From an uncultured Verrucomicrobiae bacterium (GTDB taxonomy: Bacteria; Verrucomicrobiota; Verrucomicrobiia; Chthoniobacterales; JAFAMB01), in assembly GCA_963837955.1 (NCBI GenBank), contig CAWIPH010000002.1, positions 4,096,001 through 4,160,000 on the forward strand: 64,000 bases of DNA, given 5' to 3'. The notes under the pieces were generated by a model, which saw nothing but the letters and a program-made list of their open reading frames with translations, searched no databases and was not told where the DNA came from. The position numbers were made by a program, and so were the translations under genes. Below, in pieces: positions 10,561 through 21,895 of the stretch (within the stretch, counting starts at the first letter, position 1; each line of letters opens with the position of its first letter).

Positions 10561-11550
10561 ATGATAAAGAAAGTCCGGTACTGGTTCGAATTCGTATTTG
10601 TTACGCTTTTTGCTCGCCTCGTTCCGCTACTGCCTTTCCGGTCTCTCCATTGGATTGCCACGGTTTTAGGTTGGCTCCTGTATCACCTCGATCGCCGGAA
10701 CAGGTCCGTAGCTCTGGCGAATCTCCAGATCGCATTTGGGGACACCTACACGCCAAAAGAGCGGGAGCGAATCGCCAGACGTTCGGTCCAAGTGTTCGGA
10801 AGAAGCTTTCTCGAGCTGTTCTGGACTCCCCGGCTTACCGCGAGCAACGTCGCCAGGTACATTGCGATCGAAGACGAAAAACTGCTTCAATCCATCTTGT
10901 CAGCCAAACAATCGCGACCGGTAGTGGGAGTGACAATCCACTTCGGCAACTTCGAGTGGGCCAGCGCCTACTACGGGTTTCGCGGATACGACGGCTTGAT
11001 TCTGATGCAACGCTTCAAGAACGGTCGCTTGACCGGTCTTTTTCAGCGGCTTCGGGAAGTCTCCGGCCAGACCAGTGTCACCCAAGAAAAATCTATGATT
11101 CGCTTCTTTAAGGCTCTCAAACGCGGGGTGCCGGTCGGCATCCTCATCGATTTGACGCTCAAGATGTCGGATCCGGCGGTGATCTTTCGGACTTTCGGGC
11201 TGCCGATGCGGGCCACGATGATGCATGCTGTTTTGCACGATCGGGCCGGGGCTCCTATCATGCCATTCATCGCCTTGCCGCGACCAGGTGGCGGGTACCT
11301 TATCCGGGCGTTTGAACCGATGGAGTTTCCGGCGGGAACGCCGTTTCATGAGGTTGCGCAAGCCTGTTGGGACAAGTTAGAGCCGCTGATTCGCCAGCAT
11401 CCGGAACAATGGCTCTGGGGATACAAGCATTGGCGTTATCGACCTGCCAACGCGGAAAAAACGTATCCTTTTTACGCTAATTGGTCGGAGCAATTCGAAG
11501 CCGAACTGGCGAATATACGGCCATCCATGGAAGGCACTTCCCCCAAATGA
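10561..11550 (+). CDS. Lipid A late acyltransferase family (LpxL/HtrB-like)
   Basis: N-terminal TM, HFGNFE (Hx4E), IRQHPEQWLWGYKHWR. Confidence 0.85.
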   Translation: MIKKVRYWFEFVFVTLFARLVPLLPFRSLHWIATVLGWLLYHLDRRNRSVALANLQIAFGDTYTPKERERIARRSVQVFGRSFLELFWTPRLTASNVARYIAIEDEKLLQSILSAKQSRPVVGVTIHFGNFEWASAYYGFRGYDGLILMQRFKNGRLTGLFQRLREVSGQTSVTQEKSMIRFFKALKRGVPVGILIDLTLKMSDPAVIFRTFGLPMRATMMHAVLHDRAGAPIMPFIALPRPGGGYLIRAFEPMEFPAGTPFHEVAQACWDKLEPLIRQHPEQWLWGYKHWRYRPANAEKTYPFYANWSEQFEAELANIRPSMEGTSPK

Positions 11551-11602
11551 AGCTTGCAAATCGAGCTAATACGGTAAAATACAGCTCGAATTTCGAGTTT
11601 GT

Positions 11603-12304
11603 ATGAAAAGATCCCGCCTCCTAACCCTTCTCGCCGGAACGTCCACCGGTTTCGCCCTATTGACTGGCTGTACGACAAGTACTACCGGCCCGACTACGGG
11701 AACGTTCCCCGGCAATTATAACGCGGTGGCTTATAAGCCAAAGGATCCCGGTGCGGTCCGAGTGAAGGTCTCGTTACAGAACCGGATGGTTTACGTGATG
11801 GAGGGAGATAAGCCCCTGCTGGTAACACCTTGCACGATCGGTGTTTCGCACGCACCAACTCCCACCGGCGGCTATCGGGTCACAGAAAAGATTAAAGATA
11901 AACGTTCCGCTTCCTACGGTTTTTGGGTGAAGGGTAATGAGATCGTCGCTGGTGAGAGCGGAAAGGCGCCTGGATCCGGCTTTCATTATGTCGGCTATCC
12001 GATGCCTTACTGGGTAGAATTCAAACCGCAGTACGGATTTCATGCCGGCGCAGTTTGGCCGGTCGCCCACAGTCATGGTTGCATACGCTTGCATCCGAAC
12101 GTCGCTCCAAAGTTCTTCGCCTTGGTTCACAGCGGAACATCGGTCACCATTGCGGGCTCATTGCCGGAAGACCAGACCGTCGGAGCCAAAGTACAACGAC
12201 CTAACGATTTTGAGTGGAAAGATCCCGCCGGTTCTCTCCTGATCTCCGGGACAGCCAGCGGTGCTTTTCCGGCTCCCCAGGAGCCGTTATTGGCCACCCA
12301 ATAA
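11603..12304 (+). CDS. L,D-transpeptidase family lipoprotein
   Basis: Lipobox LTGC; TPTG; catalytic GFH...SHGCIRL. Confidence 0.9.
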   Translation: MKRSRLLTLLAGTSTGFALLTGCTTSTTGPTTGTFPGNYNAVAYKPKDPGAVRVKVSLQNRMVYVMEGDKPLLVTPCTIGVSHAPTPTGGYRVTEKIKDKRSASYGFWVKGNEIVAGESGKAPGSGFHYVGYPMPYWVEFKPQYGFHAGAVWPVAHSHGCIRLHPNVAPKFFALVHSGTSVTIAGSLPEDQTVGAKVQRPNDFEWKDPAGSLLISGTASGAFPAPQEPLLATQ

Positions 12305-12356
12305 TGCAGGCGTTTTTATTGGCTGCGACCTCCCCAGAAGTCGTCTAGGGTAACTT

Positions 12357-13610
12357 ATGTCCGGATCTCAAAGCGCCGCTCCTGCCAAGCCGAAGAAGAT
12401 CAACCTGCGCACGCCGGACGTAATGGCCAAGGTGCAGGAACAGGTGGAATCGCATTATCGGAGCACCGTTGCCGAGCGAATTCGAGCCAGTGGTGGCACG
12501 CTTCAGGTACGTGATACAACCGTACTTCTCGCGAAACAATTTGGTTTTTGTTACGGAGTTGAAAGAGCGATCGATCTTGCTTATGCGGCCCGGAAAGTGT
12601 TCTCCGATCGCCGGTTGTTCATTTTAGGCGAGATCATTCACAACCCGCTCGTAAACGAACAGATCGCCACGATGGGGATTAAAAATCTCATCGGGCAAAA
12701 CCGGGAAGCCAATATCGAGGATCTGATTGCTGAAGACGTCGTAATTGTTCCCGCGTTCGGCACCGACCTGGAAACCCTGGCAAAGATTCACGAACGTGGC
12801 TGCCAAATTGTCGATACGACCTGTGGCGATGTGATGAGCGTTTGGAAGCGAGTCCGCCAGAATGCCATGGAAAGCGTAACTTCGATTATCCATGGCAAAG
12901 CGGAGCACGAAGAGACGAAAGCGACTGCATCGCGGGCACTAGGGTCAGGTTATGGCCACTATCTTGTCGTCTTGACGCTCGCCGATACCGATTACGTTTG
13001 TGACTACATTCGGCACGGCGGCGACAAACAAGCCTTGCTGAGCCGTTTCAAGGATGCGCACTCGCCCGGATTTGATCCGGATTTACACCTGAAAGCCGTG
13101 GGAGTCGCGAATCAAACGACTATGCTGCGGGGCGAGACCGAGGAGGTTCAACGCCGAATTCGGGCGGCAATCATGGATCGCGACGGCGTAGTCGAAGGCC
13201 CGAAAAGCTTTCGCTTCTTCGATACGATTTGTGGAGCGACCCAGGAACGCCAGGAAGCACTCCGTGAACTGCTAAACGTAAGGATGGATTTGCTTCTCGT
13301 TGTGGGAGGATACAACAGCTCGAACACTTCTCATCTGGCCGAGATGGGTGAAGCGAAGCTGCCCACCTACTTCATTCGCGGCGCTGATAAGCTCGAAAGC
13401 GCAACCGAGATCACCCATTTCAACCTGCATAAAAAAGCCGAAATCACGACACAGAATTGGTTACCCTCGGGGCCGCTCGTAATCGGCATCACTGCTGGCG
13501 CTTCCTGCCCAAACAATCTGATCGAAGAAACCATCTTGCGGGTCTATGAACTCCGCGGTGTTCCCTCCGCGGAAATATTGGAAGTCAGCGGCCAACTCCC
13601 AAACAGCTGA
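12357..13610 (+). CDS. ispH: 4-hydroxy-3-methylbut-2-enyl diphosphate reductase
   Basis: GFCYGVERA, IIHNP, DTTC, NQTT, DTICGATQERQ, SSNT, TAGASCP. Confidence 0.97.
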   Translation: MSGSQSAAPAKPKKINLRTPDVMAKVQEQVESHYRSTVAERIRASGGTLQVRDTTVLLAKQFGFCYGVERAIDLAYAARKVFSDRRLFILGEIIHNPLVNEQIATMGIKNLIGQNREANIEDLIAEDVVIVPAFGTDLETLAKIHERGCQIVDTTCGDVMSVWKRVRQNAMESVTSIIHGKAEHEETKATASRALGSGYGHYLVVLTLADTDYVCDYIRHGGDKQALLSRFKDAHSPGFDPDLHLKAVGVANQTTMLRGETEEVQRRIRAAIMDRDGVVEGPKSFRFFDTICGATQERQEALRELLNVRMDLLLVVGGYNSSNTSHLAEMGEAKLPTYFIRGADKLESATEITHFNLHKKAEITTQNWLPSGPLVIGITAGASCPNNLIEETILRVYELRGVPSAEILEVSGQLPNS

Positions 13611-13691
13611 TGATCATTCGTCGCTAGCCCGTCTTGGTGAGATCCAAGGGGCGCTAGCCACCTTCCACCTTTCCGGATATCCTAAAGGATA

Positions 13692-14135
13692 ATGCCGGAG
13701 AGTTTCCTCATCGTAGACGGGCACAGTATCATCTTCGCTTGGCCCGAGCTGCTGAACTTGCACCGGCGCAATGGTGCCGCTGCCCGAGGCGATCTCATTA
13801 AAACGCTGACGGAGTACCAGGACGTGAGCGGGGTAAACGTCGTCCTCGTTTTCGATGGTAAAGGCGAACGCATCAATGAGGTAACTGAGCCGGGTGGCAT
13901 CCAAGTCTTCTATTCAAATGCCGGACGGACCGCGGACGAAATTGTCGAGCGCCTGGTGGCACAATATGGGCGTAAGCATGCCATCACGGTAGCTACTGCT
14001 GACCTTCTCGAGCAGCAGACAGTAATCTCGTTCGGCGCTCAATGTGTGGGTTCCGACGGCCTGAGACGCCGCATCGAAGATGCCAAGACGGAATTTGCCG
14101 TCGAGCTCAAACGCCGGCGAAAAGCGGCCGGATGA
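13692..14135 (+). CDS. NYN/YacP-like (PIN-fold) RNase domain protein
   Basis: LIVDGHS, VLVFDG, TADEIVERL, VATAD. Confidence 0.85.
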   Translation: MPESFLIVDGHSIIFAWPELLNLHRRNGAAARGDLIKTLTEYQDVSGVNVVLVFDGKGERINEVTEPGGIQVFYSNAGRTADEIVERLVAQYGRKHAITVATADLLEQQTVISFGAQCVGSDGLRRRIEDAKTEFAVELKRRRKAAG

Positions 14136-14200
14136 TCCCCGATCACCGATTACCGATCACTGATTACTGATCACTGATCACTGATCACTGATCACCGATA
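14134..14200. repeat. Heptamer tandem repeat (GATYACY), about 9 units
   Basis: gatcccc gatcacc gattacc gatcact gattact gatcact gatcact gatcact gatcacc between convergent genes. Confidence 0.9.
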
Positions 14201-14203
14201 CCC

Positions 14204-15205
14204 CTACCCCACCTCGTGGAGCCGAATCCGATATTCTAGTTCCCGATCCAACACCCGCTTCACCTCCTGGGGAACCTCCAGTGGCGCTAAGATCCCGCAT
14301 TCTTCGAGCAAGACCAAATTGCATTGCCGCGGAATGCGCTGTAATTCGTACGCTAACCGGATCGGGGGAAACACCGCGTTTTGCCCCCAAATCAATGTGA
14401 CCGGCTGAATCAATTCCGCGAACCGCTTCGAGAGATCGATCTGCAACTTGGCCCTCGCCGACCGGAAGATCGCCCTTTCCGCGCCGAGTTGGTGCGCGAA
14501 ACTGTAAAGTACATCTACCATCTCATCGTCGATTCGGTTCGCATCGAAAAAGGCAAACGTCGCTAACCAAGCTCGGATTTGGGCACGCGTGGCCAGGAAC
14601 CGGCGATAGTAAATTTGGTTAAGGAATGGGAGTGCGGAAATCCAGCGTCCCCTACCGAGGTATCGCTTCGCACCGCGCTCGGTCAACCCAACCGGCATCA
14701 ATAAGATTAGGCGTTGTACCAACTCTGGATGTTGCACAGCCAATAGCGTGGCAAAGGCCGCTCCCAGTCCGCTGGCAACAATTGTGGCCCGTTCTCCATC
14801 ACTCTTTGCTTTCAAAAATTCTGCTAAGACCGCCGCTTGATCGGTAGCGGAGAGCGGACGATACGGGCGGGCTGATTCGCCGAAACCGATTAGATCAGGA
14901 GCGAGAACCTGGAAGCGATCAGCAAAGTGGGGATAAATCCGCGACCACTCGTACGAGGAGGCTCCAGGATAAATTCCGTGTAAAAAAACGAGAGAATTCC
15001 CCTGGCCCGATTCATGGTAGACCAGTTCTCCTTTGCCACTAAACAGCACGCGCGTGGCGAAAATCGCCGGAAAGATGTTATCGGGCAACGGACCTTTGCG
15101 CGGCGGCCGTAGCGCGTATCGGACGGTGAGAACCAAGAGGCCAAGAAGTCCGGCACCAATACCGAATCCCCAAAACCGACGTCGGAAGAAAGACTGCGCC
15201 GCCAT
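14204..15205 (-). CDS. Alpha/beta hydrolase fold protein with an N-terminal TM
   Basis: VFLHG, APDLIGFGES; nucleophile elbow atypical (ASGLG). Confidence 0.85.
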   Translation of the reverse strand: MAAQSFFRRRFWGFGIGAGLLGLLVLTVRYALRPPRKGPLPDNIFPAIFATRVLFSGKGELVYHESGQGNSLVFLHGIYPGASSYEWSRIYPHFADRFQVLAPDLIGFGESARPYRPLSATDQAAVLAEFLKAKSDGERATIVASGLGAAFATLLAVQHPELVQRLILLMPVGLTERGAKRYLGRGRWISALPFLNQIYYRRFLATRAQIRAWLATFAFFDANRIDDEMVDVLYSFAHQLGAERAIFRSARAKLQIDLSKRFAELIQPVTLIWGQNAVFPPIRLAYELQRIPRQCNLVLLEECGILAPLEVPQEVKRVLDRELEYRIRLHEVG

Positions 15206-15219
15206 AACGCCCAATTTGG

Positions 15220-16239
15220 TTAAGTCACCAGGGCCTTGCCCGAACCCGGAGTGATCTGCCCGATTACCTTCCCGGCTGTGACCTGGATCACTTCCTGGAC
15301 GTACCGTCTCGCGACCACCAGCACCAAACCAATACCCATATTGAAAACCTCCAGCATCTCATGGAATGCGATTCCGCCGCCCTGTTGGATGAGACGAAAT
15401 ATAGCCGGAACCTTCCAACTGGACGTATCGATTAACGCGTCGCAGGTGGTTGGCAGGATGCGCGGCAAATTGTCGATTAATCCCCCACCCGTTATGTGTG
15501 CAGCCCCTTTGACCCGCGCAGGGGCAATCGATGCCAGAACTGGTTGATAGTTTTTATGGACTCGTAGTAACTCCTCGCCCAGCGTTTTCGGTATACCGTC
15601 GACTTTCTGACCCAAATCGAGTCGCATCTCAGATAGCAACACCTTACGCGCAAGAGAGTAACCATTTGTATGTAATCCATTCGACGGCAGACCTATCAAG
15701 ACATCAGACGGGACGATGCGACTTCCATCAATGATTTTTTCACGATCGACAATACCAACAATGCAACCAGCCAAGTCATACTCGCCGCGATGATACATAT
15801 CAGGTAATTGCGCGGTTTCGCCTCCGATAAGTGCGCAACGCCCGGCTTGGCACGCCTTCGTGAAACCAGAAATCAGCTGATTAAACACCGAGGGGTCAAG
15901 TCGTTCGGCACCGATATAATCCAAAAAGAACAAGGGTTTCGCTCCGGTAACAGCGATATCGTTAATGCAATGATTCACGAGGTCTTGAGCGATCAAGTCG
16001 TGCCTCCCAAGCGCGATCGCGATCTTTAGTTTGGTGCCGACTCCGTCGACACTCGAAACCAGAACGGGATCCCTTATCCCTTGCAAATCGAGGCGAAAGA
16101 AGCCGCCAAATCCTCCGATTCGACCTAGAACCTCAGGCCCGAACGTTGTTTTGACCTTCTCTTGTAGGCCTCGCTTTACCCGATTCCCCAGTGCGATATC
16201 GACTCCGGCGGCCGCATACGCCTTCTTTTTGGCCTTCAT
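15220..16239 (-). CDS. purM: Phosphoribosylformylglycinamidine cyclo-ligase
   Basis: YAAAGVD, DGVGTK, GGETA, SNGLHTNGYSL, HITGGG. Confidence 0.98.
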   Translation of the reverse strand: MKAKKKAYAAAGVDIALGNRVKRGLQEKVKTTFGPEVLGRIGGFGGFFRLDLQGIRDPVLVSSVDGVGTKLKIAIALGRHDLIAQDLVNHCINDIAVTGAKPLFFLDYIGAERLDPSVFNQLISGFTKACQAGRCALIGGETAQLPDMYHRGEYDLAGCIVGIVDREKIIDGSRIVPSDVLIGLPSNGLHTNGYSLARKVLLSEMRLDLGQKVDGIPKTLGEELLRVHKNYQPVLASIAPARVKGAAHITGGGLIDNLPRILPTTCDALIDTSSWKVPAIFRLIQQGGGIAFHEMLEVFNMGIGLVLVVARRYVQEVIQVTAGKVIGQITPGSGKALVT

Positions 16240-17696
16240 TTCGAGCGAGCAAAGAGCTGCGGTTGCGAAGCAGATTCCGCAAAGAGACGAGACCGATTTT
16301 GCCGGCGCTCCATGACGAACTTGTCCAGGGTGGGATCGAATGGCACCGGATAATCACTGTTGAAACAAGCCAGACAAAACTCGTTTGCGGGCAATCCCGT
16401 AGCTCTGACCATTCCGTCCACGTCGAGGTAACCAATCGAATCGACCTCTAGATAGTCCCTGATTTCAGGCATCGTTAGTTGGTTGGCCAAGAGGTTCTTA
16501 GGATCTGGGAAATCGATTCCGTAATAGCAGGGAAATTTATGGGGAGGACAACTGATGCGGAGATGTACCTCTTTGGCTCCGGCCTCTCTGAGATTCACCA
16601 CCCGAGCTCGTGCCGTGGTCCCTCGAACCACCGAGTCGTCCACCACCACCACTCGCTTGCCCTGCACCAATTCTTTGATCAAATTGAGTTTCACGCGAAC
16701 ATTGAAGTCGCGAATCAGCTGGGTGGGCTGCAGGAAGGTGCGTCCGATGTAATGGTTTCGAACGAAGGCATGCTCGTAGGGGATGTCAAGCTCGTGACTG
16801 AAGCCGAGAGCAGCATAATTACCCGAATCTGGGACTGGAACGACTATATCGGCTTCGACCGGGTGAAGCCGGGCCAGCTCGCGACCCATCGCCACTCGGA
16901 CTTTGCTGACATTGCGATCGCTAATCAGGCTATCGGGCCGGGCAAAGTAAACGAACTCGAACATGCAAAACGCCTTTCGCTCCTCTCTGAACGGCCACTC
17001 AGAATGGATACCATCATCATTAATGATGATGACTTCACCAGGTTCGATCTCTCGAATGAACTCCGCATGGATCAAATCGAAGGCGCAAGTCTCCGAAGCC
17101 AGGACAAACGCGTCTTCCAACTTACCCAGAACGAGAGGGCGAAACCCGAACGGATCTCGCACGCCGATGATTTCCTCTTCCCCCAGGAGTACGAAAGAGA
17201 ACGCGCCGTGAATCTTGCGTAGCGCAGTCAGAACGTTTTGCTGGTCTGTCGGGCTGGCCAGCAGATGCAAAATGATTTCACTGTCAACCGTCGTCTGGAA
17301 AATTGATCCACGGGCTTCCAGTTCCTCTCGGAGAACAGCGGCGTTTACGAGATTGCCGTTGTGAGCAATCGCCAATTGGCCCCGCGCACAGTCGACGACG
17401 AGCGGTTGGGCATTTTTGAGGTTGCTGGATCCAGTCGTAGAGTAGCGAACGTGACCGATGGCCCGGTTCCCTTTCACACCCTCTAGCTCTTTTTCTCCAA
17501 AAACCTGAGATACCAGCCCCATCCCTCGATGGATCTTAAAAGGTTGGTTGGAACCGGTAGCTGCAACGATCCCGGCGCTCTCTTGCCCCCGGTGCTGAAG
17601 AGCGAACATGCCGTAGTAGGTGAGAAGGGCCGCGTCCGGGTGACCGTAGACGGCAAAGACGCCGCATTCGTGAGTTGGTTTATGAGAAATCTTCAC
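16236..17696 (-). CDS. purF: Amidophosphoribosyltransferase
   Basis: Propeptide then ECGV, QHRGQESAG, HVRYSTTG, VVVDDSVVRGTT; GTG start. Confidence 0.98.
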   Translation of the reverse strand: MKISHKPTHECGVFAVYGHPDAALLTYYGMFALQHRGQESAGIVAATGSNQPFKIHRGMGLVSQVFGEKELEGVKGNRAIGHVRYSTTGSSNLKNAQPLVVDCARGQLAIAHNGNLVNAAVLREELEARGSIFQTTVDSEIILHLLASPTDQQNVLTALRKIHGAFSFVLLGEEEIIGVRDPFGFRPLVLGKLEDAFVLASETCAFDLIHAEFIREIEPGEVIIINDDGIHSEWPFREERKAFCMFEFVYFARPDSLISDRNVSKVRVAMGRELARLHPVEADIVVPVPDSGNYAALGFSHELDIPYEHAFVRNHYIGRTFLQPTQLIRDFNVRVKLNLIKELVQGKRVVVVDDSVVRGTTARARVVNLREAGAKEVHLRISCPPHKFPCYYGIDFPDPKNLLANQLTMPEIRDYLEVDSIGYLDVDGMVRATGLPANEFCLACFNSDYPVPFDPTLDKFVMERRQNRSRLFAESASQPQLFARSK

Positions 17697-17705
17697 AAGG
17701 TTGGA

Positions 17706-19928
17706 TTAAGCAACAGCGCGCTCGATTGAAAAATACCACGAATCGAACAGCTCATCCATGCTCCACCCGATCGAGTGGTCGCCGACCGTAACCTTCAGCT
17801 CTTTCCCACCCACCTTCCCGAGTTCGATCAAATCAACATCATATCGCTCAGCTAGTTGTCCAAGCTCCGCGCTTAGACCTGGTCTGCTGGAAAACAGTAT
17901 TCGCGATTGAGACTCGTTAAAAAGGCGTTCGTCGGTTCGCTGGCCCGAGTCGCCCAGAGAAACCGTCGCCCCTCTCTTTGCCTCGCCTGATATACAGGAT
18001 TCGGCCAGGGCGACCGCCAAACCGCCCTCCGAACAGTCGTGCGCGCTCTGGACCCAGCCAGCTCGAATCGCCTCGGTTAAAAATTTCTGCACAGACAACT
18101 CTTTGTCGTAGTTCAAACGAGGCGGGATTCCGGCTTTCAATCCATGGATCGATCTTAAGTAGAGCGATCCTCCCATTTCGTCTCCGACGCCGCCGACTAG
18201 CCAGACCACATCGTTCTCCCGTTGAAATCCCTGACGGGTAATCCATCGCTCTTTTTCGATCAAACCCACCATACCGACCGTCGGGGTAGGATCAACGGTG
18301 CCAGCCGGGCTCTCGTTGTAGAGGCTCACATTCCCGCCCACGACCGGAGTGTTAAAACGCCGGCACGCTTCGGCCAGTCCTTCCACTGATTCTCGCAATT
18401 GCCAAAAATTCTCCGGCCGATAAGGGTTTCCGAAGTTCAAATTGTCGGTGACTGCCAGGGGTGTCGCTCCCGAGCAGACCAAATTACGAGCAGCTTCCGC
18501 AACCGCGATCTTGGCTCCCTCACGCGGATCCAGTTTGCAATAGATGCTGTTACAATCACAGGTAGCAGCCAGAAATTTTCCGGCTTCCCGAACGAAGAAA
18601 ACGGCGGCGTCAGATCCAGGCGGCACGACGGTACCGGCCCTAACCGTGTGGTCGTACTGCCGATAAATCCAGTTCTTGGATGCAACTGTGGGATGGCGGA
18701 GCAAAGCGAGCAAACTCTCCCGAGGATCGGCTTCTGGGATCTGATCCAGATCCAATGGTGCCGGAGGTGTGGGCGCGACAGCCTCGCGCTCATAAATTGG
18801 CGCTTCATCAGCCAGCTTTTTCGCGGGGATTTCTACCTCGACTTTGCCATGATCAAGTACCCGCATCATGCCGTCGCCAGTCACTTTGCCGGCCTCGGCA
18901 TAGGGCAAATCCCACTTCTCAAAAATTTCTTTGACGCGTTTTTCTTCACCGCGCCTCACGATAATCAACATGCGCTCCTGCGATTCGCTCAAAAGAATTT
19001 CGTAGGGAGTCATTCCGGGTTCACGCTTCGGAATTTTGGCCAGATCAATTTCAACCCCGGTGCCACCGCGACTTGCAGTTTCACAGGTGGAACAGGTCAG
19101 GCCGGCGGCTCCCATATCCTGAATGCCCGCGACGGCGCCACTCGCCAGCAGCTCTAAGCACGCTTCCAGCAATAATTTACCCTTAAACGGGTCTCCTACT
19201 TGAACGGCGGGTCGATCCTTTTTCGACGCATCGGTAAGATCGCGAGAAGCGAATGAAGCGCCAGCCAAGCCATCCCGTCCCGTCTCAGAACCAACATAAA
19301 AAACCGGATTACCGATTCCCGCGGCAGCGCCGCGAGCAATCTGATCGTGGCGTAAAACTCCCAAGCAAAAAACGTTGACCAGGGGGTTGCCGTTGTACGA
19401 TTCGTCGAATGCGACCTCCCCACCGATGGTCGGTACACCGATGCAGTTGCCGTAGTGGGCGATGCCGGCCACGACCCCGCGAAACAGCCGTCGGTTTTGA
19501 CGGGCGACCAAAGAGCTCCCATCGATCGGCCCAAAGCGAAGAGAGTTCAAAAGGAACACGGGACGCGCGCCCATCGTAAAAATATCGCGGATAATCCCGC
19601 CCACCCCCGTAGCTGCTCCCTGGAACGGCTCGACCGCACTCGGATGGTTGTGGCTCTCCATCTTGAACGCAATGGCCCAGCCGTCTCCGATATCGATGAC
19701 CCCGGCATTTTCCTCCCCCGCTCTGACGAGAATGCTGGGTCCGGTCGTGGGAAATTTTCTTAGCTCGATTTTTGTATTCTTATAGGAGCAATGCTCACTC
19801 CACATCACGGAAAACACCCCCAGCTCGGTCAGGTTTGGATCTCGACCCAGGATGGACCTGATCCGCAGATACTCTTCGTCGGTGAGACCATGAGCGCGAA
19901 TAACTTCAGGTGAGATCGCACCAATCAT
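17706..19928 (-). CDS. purL: FGAM synthase subunit PurL (small type)
   Basis: [33 protein letters not shown] overlaps the purQ stop. Confidence 0.98.
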   Translation of the reverse strand: MIGAISPEVIRAHGLTDEEYLRIRSILGRDPNLTELGVFSVMWSEHCSYKNTKIELRKFPTTGPSILVRAGEENAGVIDIGDGWAIAFKMESHNHPSAVEPFQGAATGVGGIIRDIFTMGARPVFLLNSLRFGPIDGSSLVARQNRRLFRGVVAGIAHYGNCIGVPTIGGEVAFDESYNGNPLVNVFCLGVLRHDQIARGAAAGIGNPVFYVGSETGRDGLAGASFASRDLTDASKKDRPAVQVGDPFKGKLLLEACLELLASGAVAGIQDMGAAGLTCSTCETASRGGTGVEIDLAKIPKREPGMTPYEILLSESQERMLIIVRRGEEKRVKEIFEKWDLPYAEAGKVTGDGMMRVLDHGKVEVEIPAKKLADEAPIYEREAVAPTPPAPLDLDQIPEADPRESLLALLRHPTVASKNWIYRQYDHTVRAGTVVPPGSDAAVFFVREAGKFLAATCDCNSIYCKLDPREGAKIAVAEAARNLVCSGATPLAVTDNLNFGNPYRPENFWQLRESVEGLAEACRRFNTPVVGGNVSLYNESPAGTVDPTPTVGMVGLIEKERWITRQGFQRENDVVWLVGGVGDEMGGSLYLRSIHGLKAGIPPRLNYDKELSVQKFLTEAIRAGWVQSAHDCSEGGLAVALAESCISGEAKRGATVSLGDSGQRTDERLFNESQSRILFSSRPGLSAELGQLAERYDVDLIELGKVGGKELKVTVGDHSIGWSMDELFDSWYFSIERAVA

Positions 19929-20626
19929 GCCGTGGAAACCAACGCAGGTCCGAACATTGACCGAAGCAGCGGCAAACCATCTTCGCTTCCTAGGCGAGCA
20001 TCCCAAGCGCGATCCGGATGCGGCATCATACCGACGATATTGCGTTCCAGATTACAGATCCCGGCGATGTTGCGCAGACTGCCATTCGGATTTGCGGCCG
20101 CGGTCGCTTCTCCATTTGCATCAACGTATCGAAAGACGACCTGATCGTTGGTCTCCAGACTCTCGAGCGTCTCCTGGTCAGCGATGTAAGCACCCTCGCC
20201 GTGAGCGATAGGCAAACTCAACGTACGACCGCATTCTAACAACCTCGTGCACGGCGTTTCGACGGATTCCACGCGCAACCAAACCGGGCGGCAAGCAAAC
20301 AGCAGAGACTGATTTCGGATCAGCGCACCGGGAAGTAAACCGGCCTCGCACAGGATCTGAAAGCCATTGCAGATCCCAAGTATCGGCATCCCGTCTCGGG
20401 CGCTCGCCACAATCGCCCGCATGATAGGAGAAAACCGAGCAATGGCGCCGCACCGAAGGTAATCGCCGTAGGAAAAGCCGCCGGGCAAAACGATTCCGTC
20501 ATAAGCAGCGACGGAGGTTTCTTTATGCCAGAGGTAATTTGCGTCGAACTGCAGTCCGTCCGTTAACGCCCGAAGACAATCTTGGTCGCAATTAGATCCC
20601 GGAAATTGGACCACGCCGATCTTCAT
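19925..20626 (-). CDS. purQ: FGAM synthase glutaminase subunit
   Basis: [29 protein letters not shown]. Confidence 0.97.
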   Translation of the reverse strand: MKIGVVQFPGSNCDQDCLRALTDGLQFDANYLWHKETSVAAYDGIVLPGGFSYGDYLRCGAIARFSPIMRAIVASARDGMPILGICNGFQILCEAGLLPGALIRNQSLLFACRPVWLRVESVETPCTRLLECGRTLSLPIAHGEGAYIADQETLESLETNDQVVFRYVDANGEATAAANPNGSLRNIAGICNLERNIVGMMPHPDRAWDARLGSEDGLPLLRSMFGPALVSTA

Positions 20627-20877
20627 GTTCGCGTAGTTTCGTCCGCGCCAGGCAGACAAATCTCATAGTCTTCGACGACCGGATTAGAAAGCAAATCTTG
20701 GCAGATCTGTTCAAGCTTGCCTCGATCGGGCAGCGCGTCTGTTTCAATTTCTACCATCTTGCCCACCCGCACCGAACCAATCCCATCCATTCCTAGCTCC
20801 CGGATCGCGTTTCGAACGGCAACTCCTTGTGGATCAAGCACTGTTTTTTTGGGCATCACGACCACTTGCAGCTTCAT
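20623..20877 (-). CDS. purS: FGAM synthase subunit PurS
   Basis: VLDPQG, VRVGK, LLSNPVVEDY. Confidence 0.96.
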   Translation of the reverse strand: MKLQVVVMPKKTVLDPQGVAVRNAIRELGMDGIGSVRVGKMVEIETDALPDRGKLEQICQDLLSNPVVEDYEICLPGADETTRT

Positions 20878-21055
20878 GAGGAGAGGGGCACAATCGGGGG
20901 AGGAAGAGTTCGCGTAAAGGAAAATTTGCGACGCCTTCTCCCGTCTCAGCAAGACAGGAAAAGATTCGAGCTGGCTGCACTCCAGACGACTGCGCTGGGC
21001 TTAGAAATCATCCAGTGCTGGACAGCGGAGGCTCAGTTGATAAACTTCATCGAAT

Positions 21056-21895
21056 ATGCGCATTTTGCGGAAATGGCTCACGTTGAGCGCAATCGCACTG
21101 TTCCCTCTCGTTTCCATTTGGGCCGAACAAGATACCGGAAAGAAGGATTCGCCTTCCACGGTTCAACCGCTCACTTCCGAGGAGATGAAGCAAGCAGTGA
21201 CGATCGACACGATCACGGTACCGACGCCGGGTGAATTTTTTCAAGCAATCGATAAAGGGGGAAAGCCAAATTGGGCTTCGCAATTTCGGCCGCCAACCCA
21301 GATTGATGGTACTAGCCGGGCGCAAATGGCGCTGAACCTCGGCACGCTTATCGCAGACGGTTACATCGCTGTTGAGGCGCAAGACGGCCAACAAGTTAAA
21401 AACATCGGGCGAGATGTATTGACCTTGGCCAAGAAATTAAGCGTTTCAGATAGCGTGATAGCTCGTGGAAAAAGCATCAGTCAATTCGCGGAGAGTGGCG
21501 CTTGGGATCAACTCAATGAGGAGCTTGAAGCCACTCAAAATGAAGTAAAAAAGGCGCTCGAGGAAAACCGGGACACTGACCTGATCACCTTGGTAAGCAT
21601 CGGCGGATGGATCCGTGGTACGCAGGTTGTGACCGGCTTACTCGTACAAACTTATAGTCCGGAAGTGGCGAAGCTGCTGCGCCAGCCCGAGCTAGTGGAC
21701 TATTTACGAGGCAAGCTCGATCAGTTGCCCCAGCGAATCCGCCAAGACAAACTTGTGGTCCAAGTGAACGGAGAACTGCAAACAATGGCGAAGTTAGTTT
21801 CTTTTTCGCCCGACCATGTTCCAACTGCGGAAGAGGTTAAAACGCTCAACAAAACGGCCGCTAGCCTCACAAAAGAAATATCGACAGGAAAATGA
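21056..21895 (+). CDS. Secreted helical hypothetical protein
   Basis: Signal peptide, long ORF, ATGA overlap with the next gene. Confidence 0.7.
   Translation: MRILRKWLTLSAIALFPLVSIWAEQDTGKKDSPSTVQPLTSEEMKQAVTIDTITVPTPGEFFQAIDKGGKPNWASQFRPPTQIDGTSRAQMALNLGTLIADGYIAVEAQDGQQVKNIGRDVLTLAKKLSVSDSVIARGKSISQFAESGAWDQLNEELEATQNEVKKALEENRDTDLITLVSIGGWIRGTQVVTGLLVQTYSPEVAKLLRQPELVDYLRGKLDQLPQRIRQDKLVVQVNGELQTMAKLVSFSPDHVPTAEEVKTLNKTAASLTKEISTGK

Noticed and set aside
16479..19763. Long antisense ORFs over purF and purL (and similar ones elsewhere)
   Set aside because: Shadow ORFs of GC-rich coding strands with no recognisable motifs.
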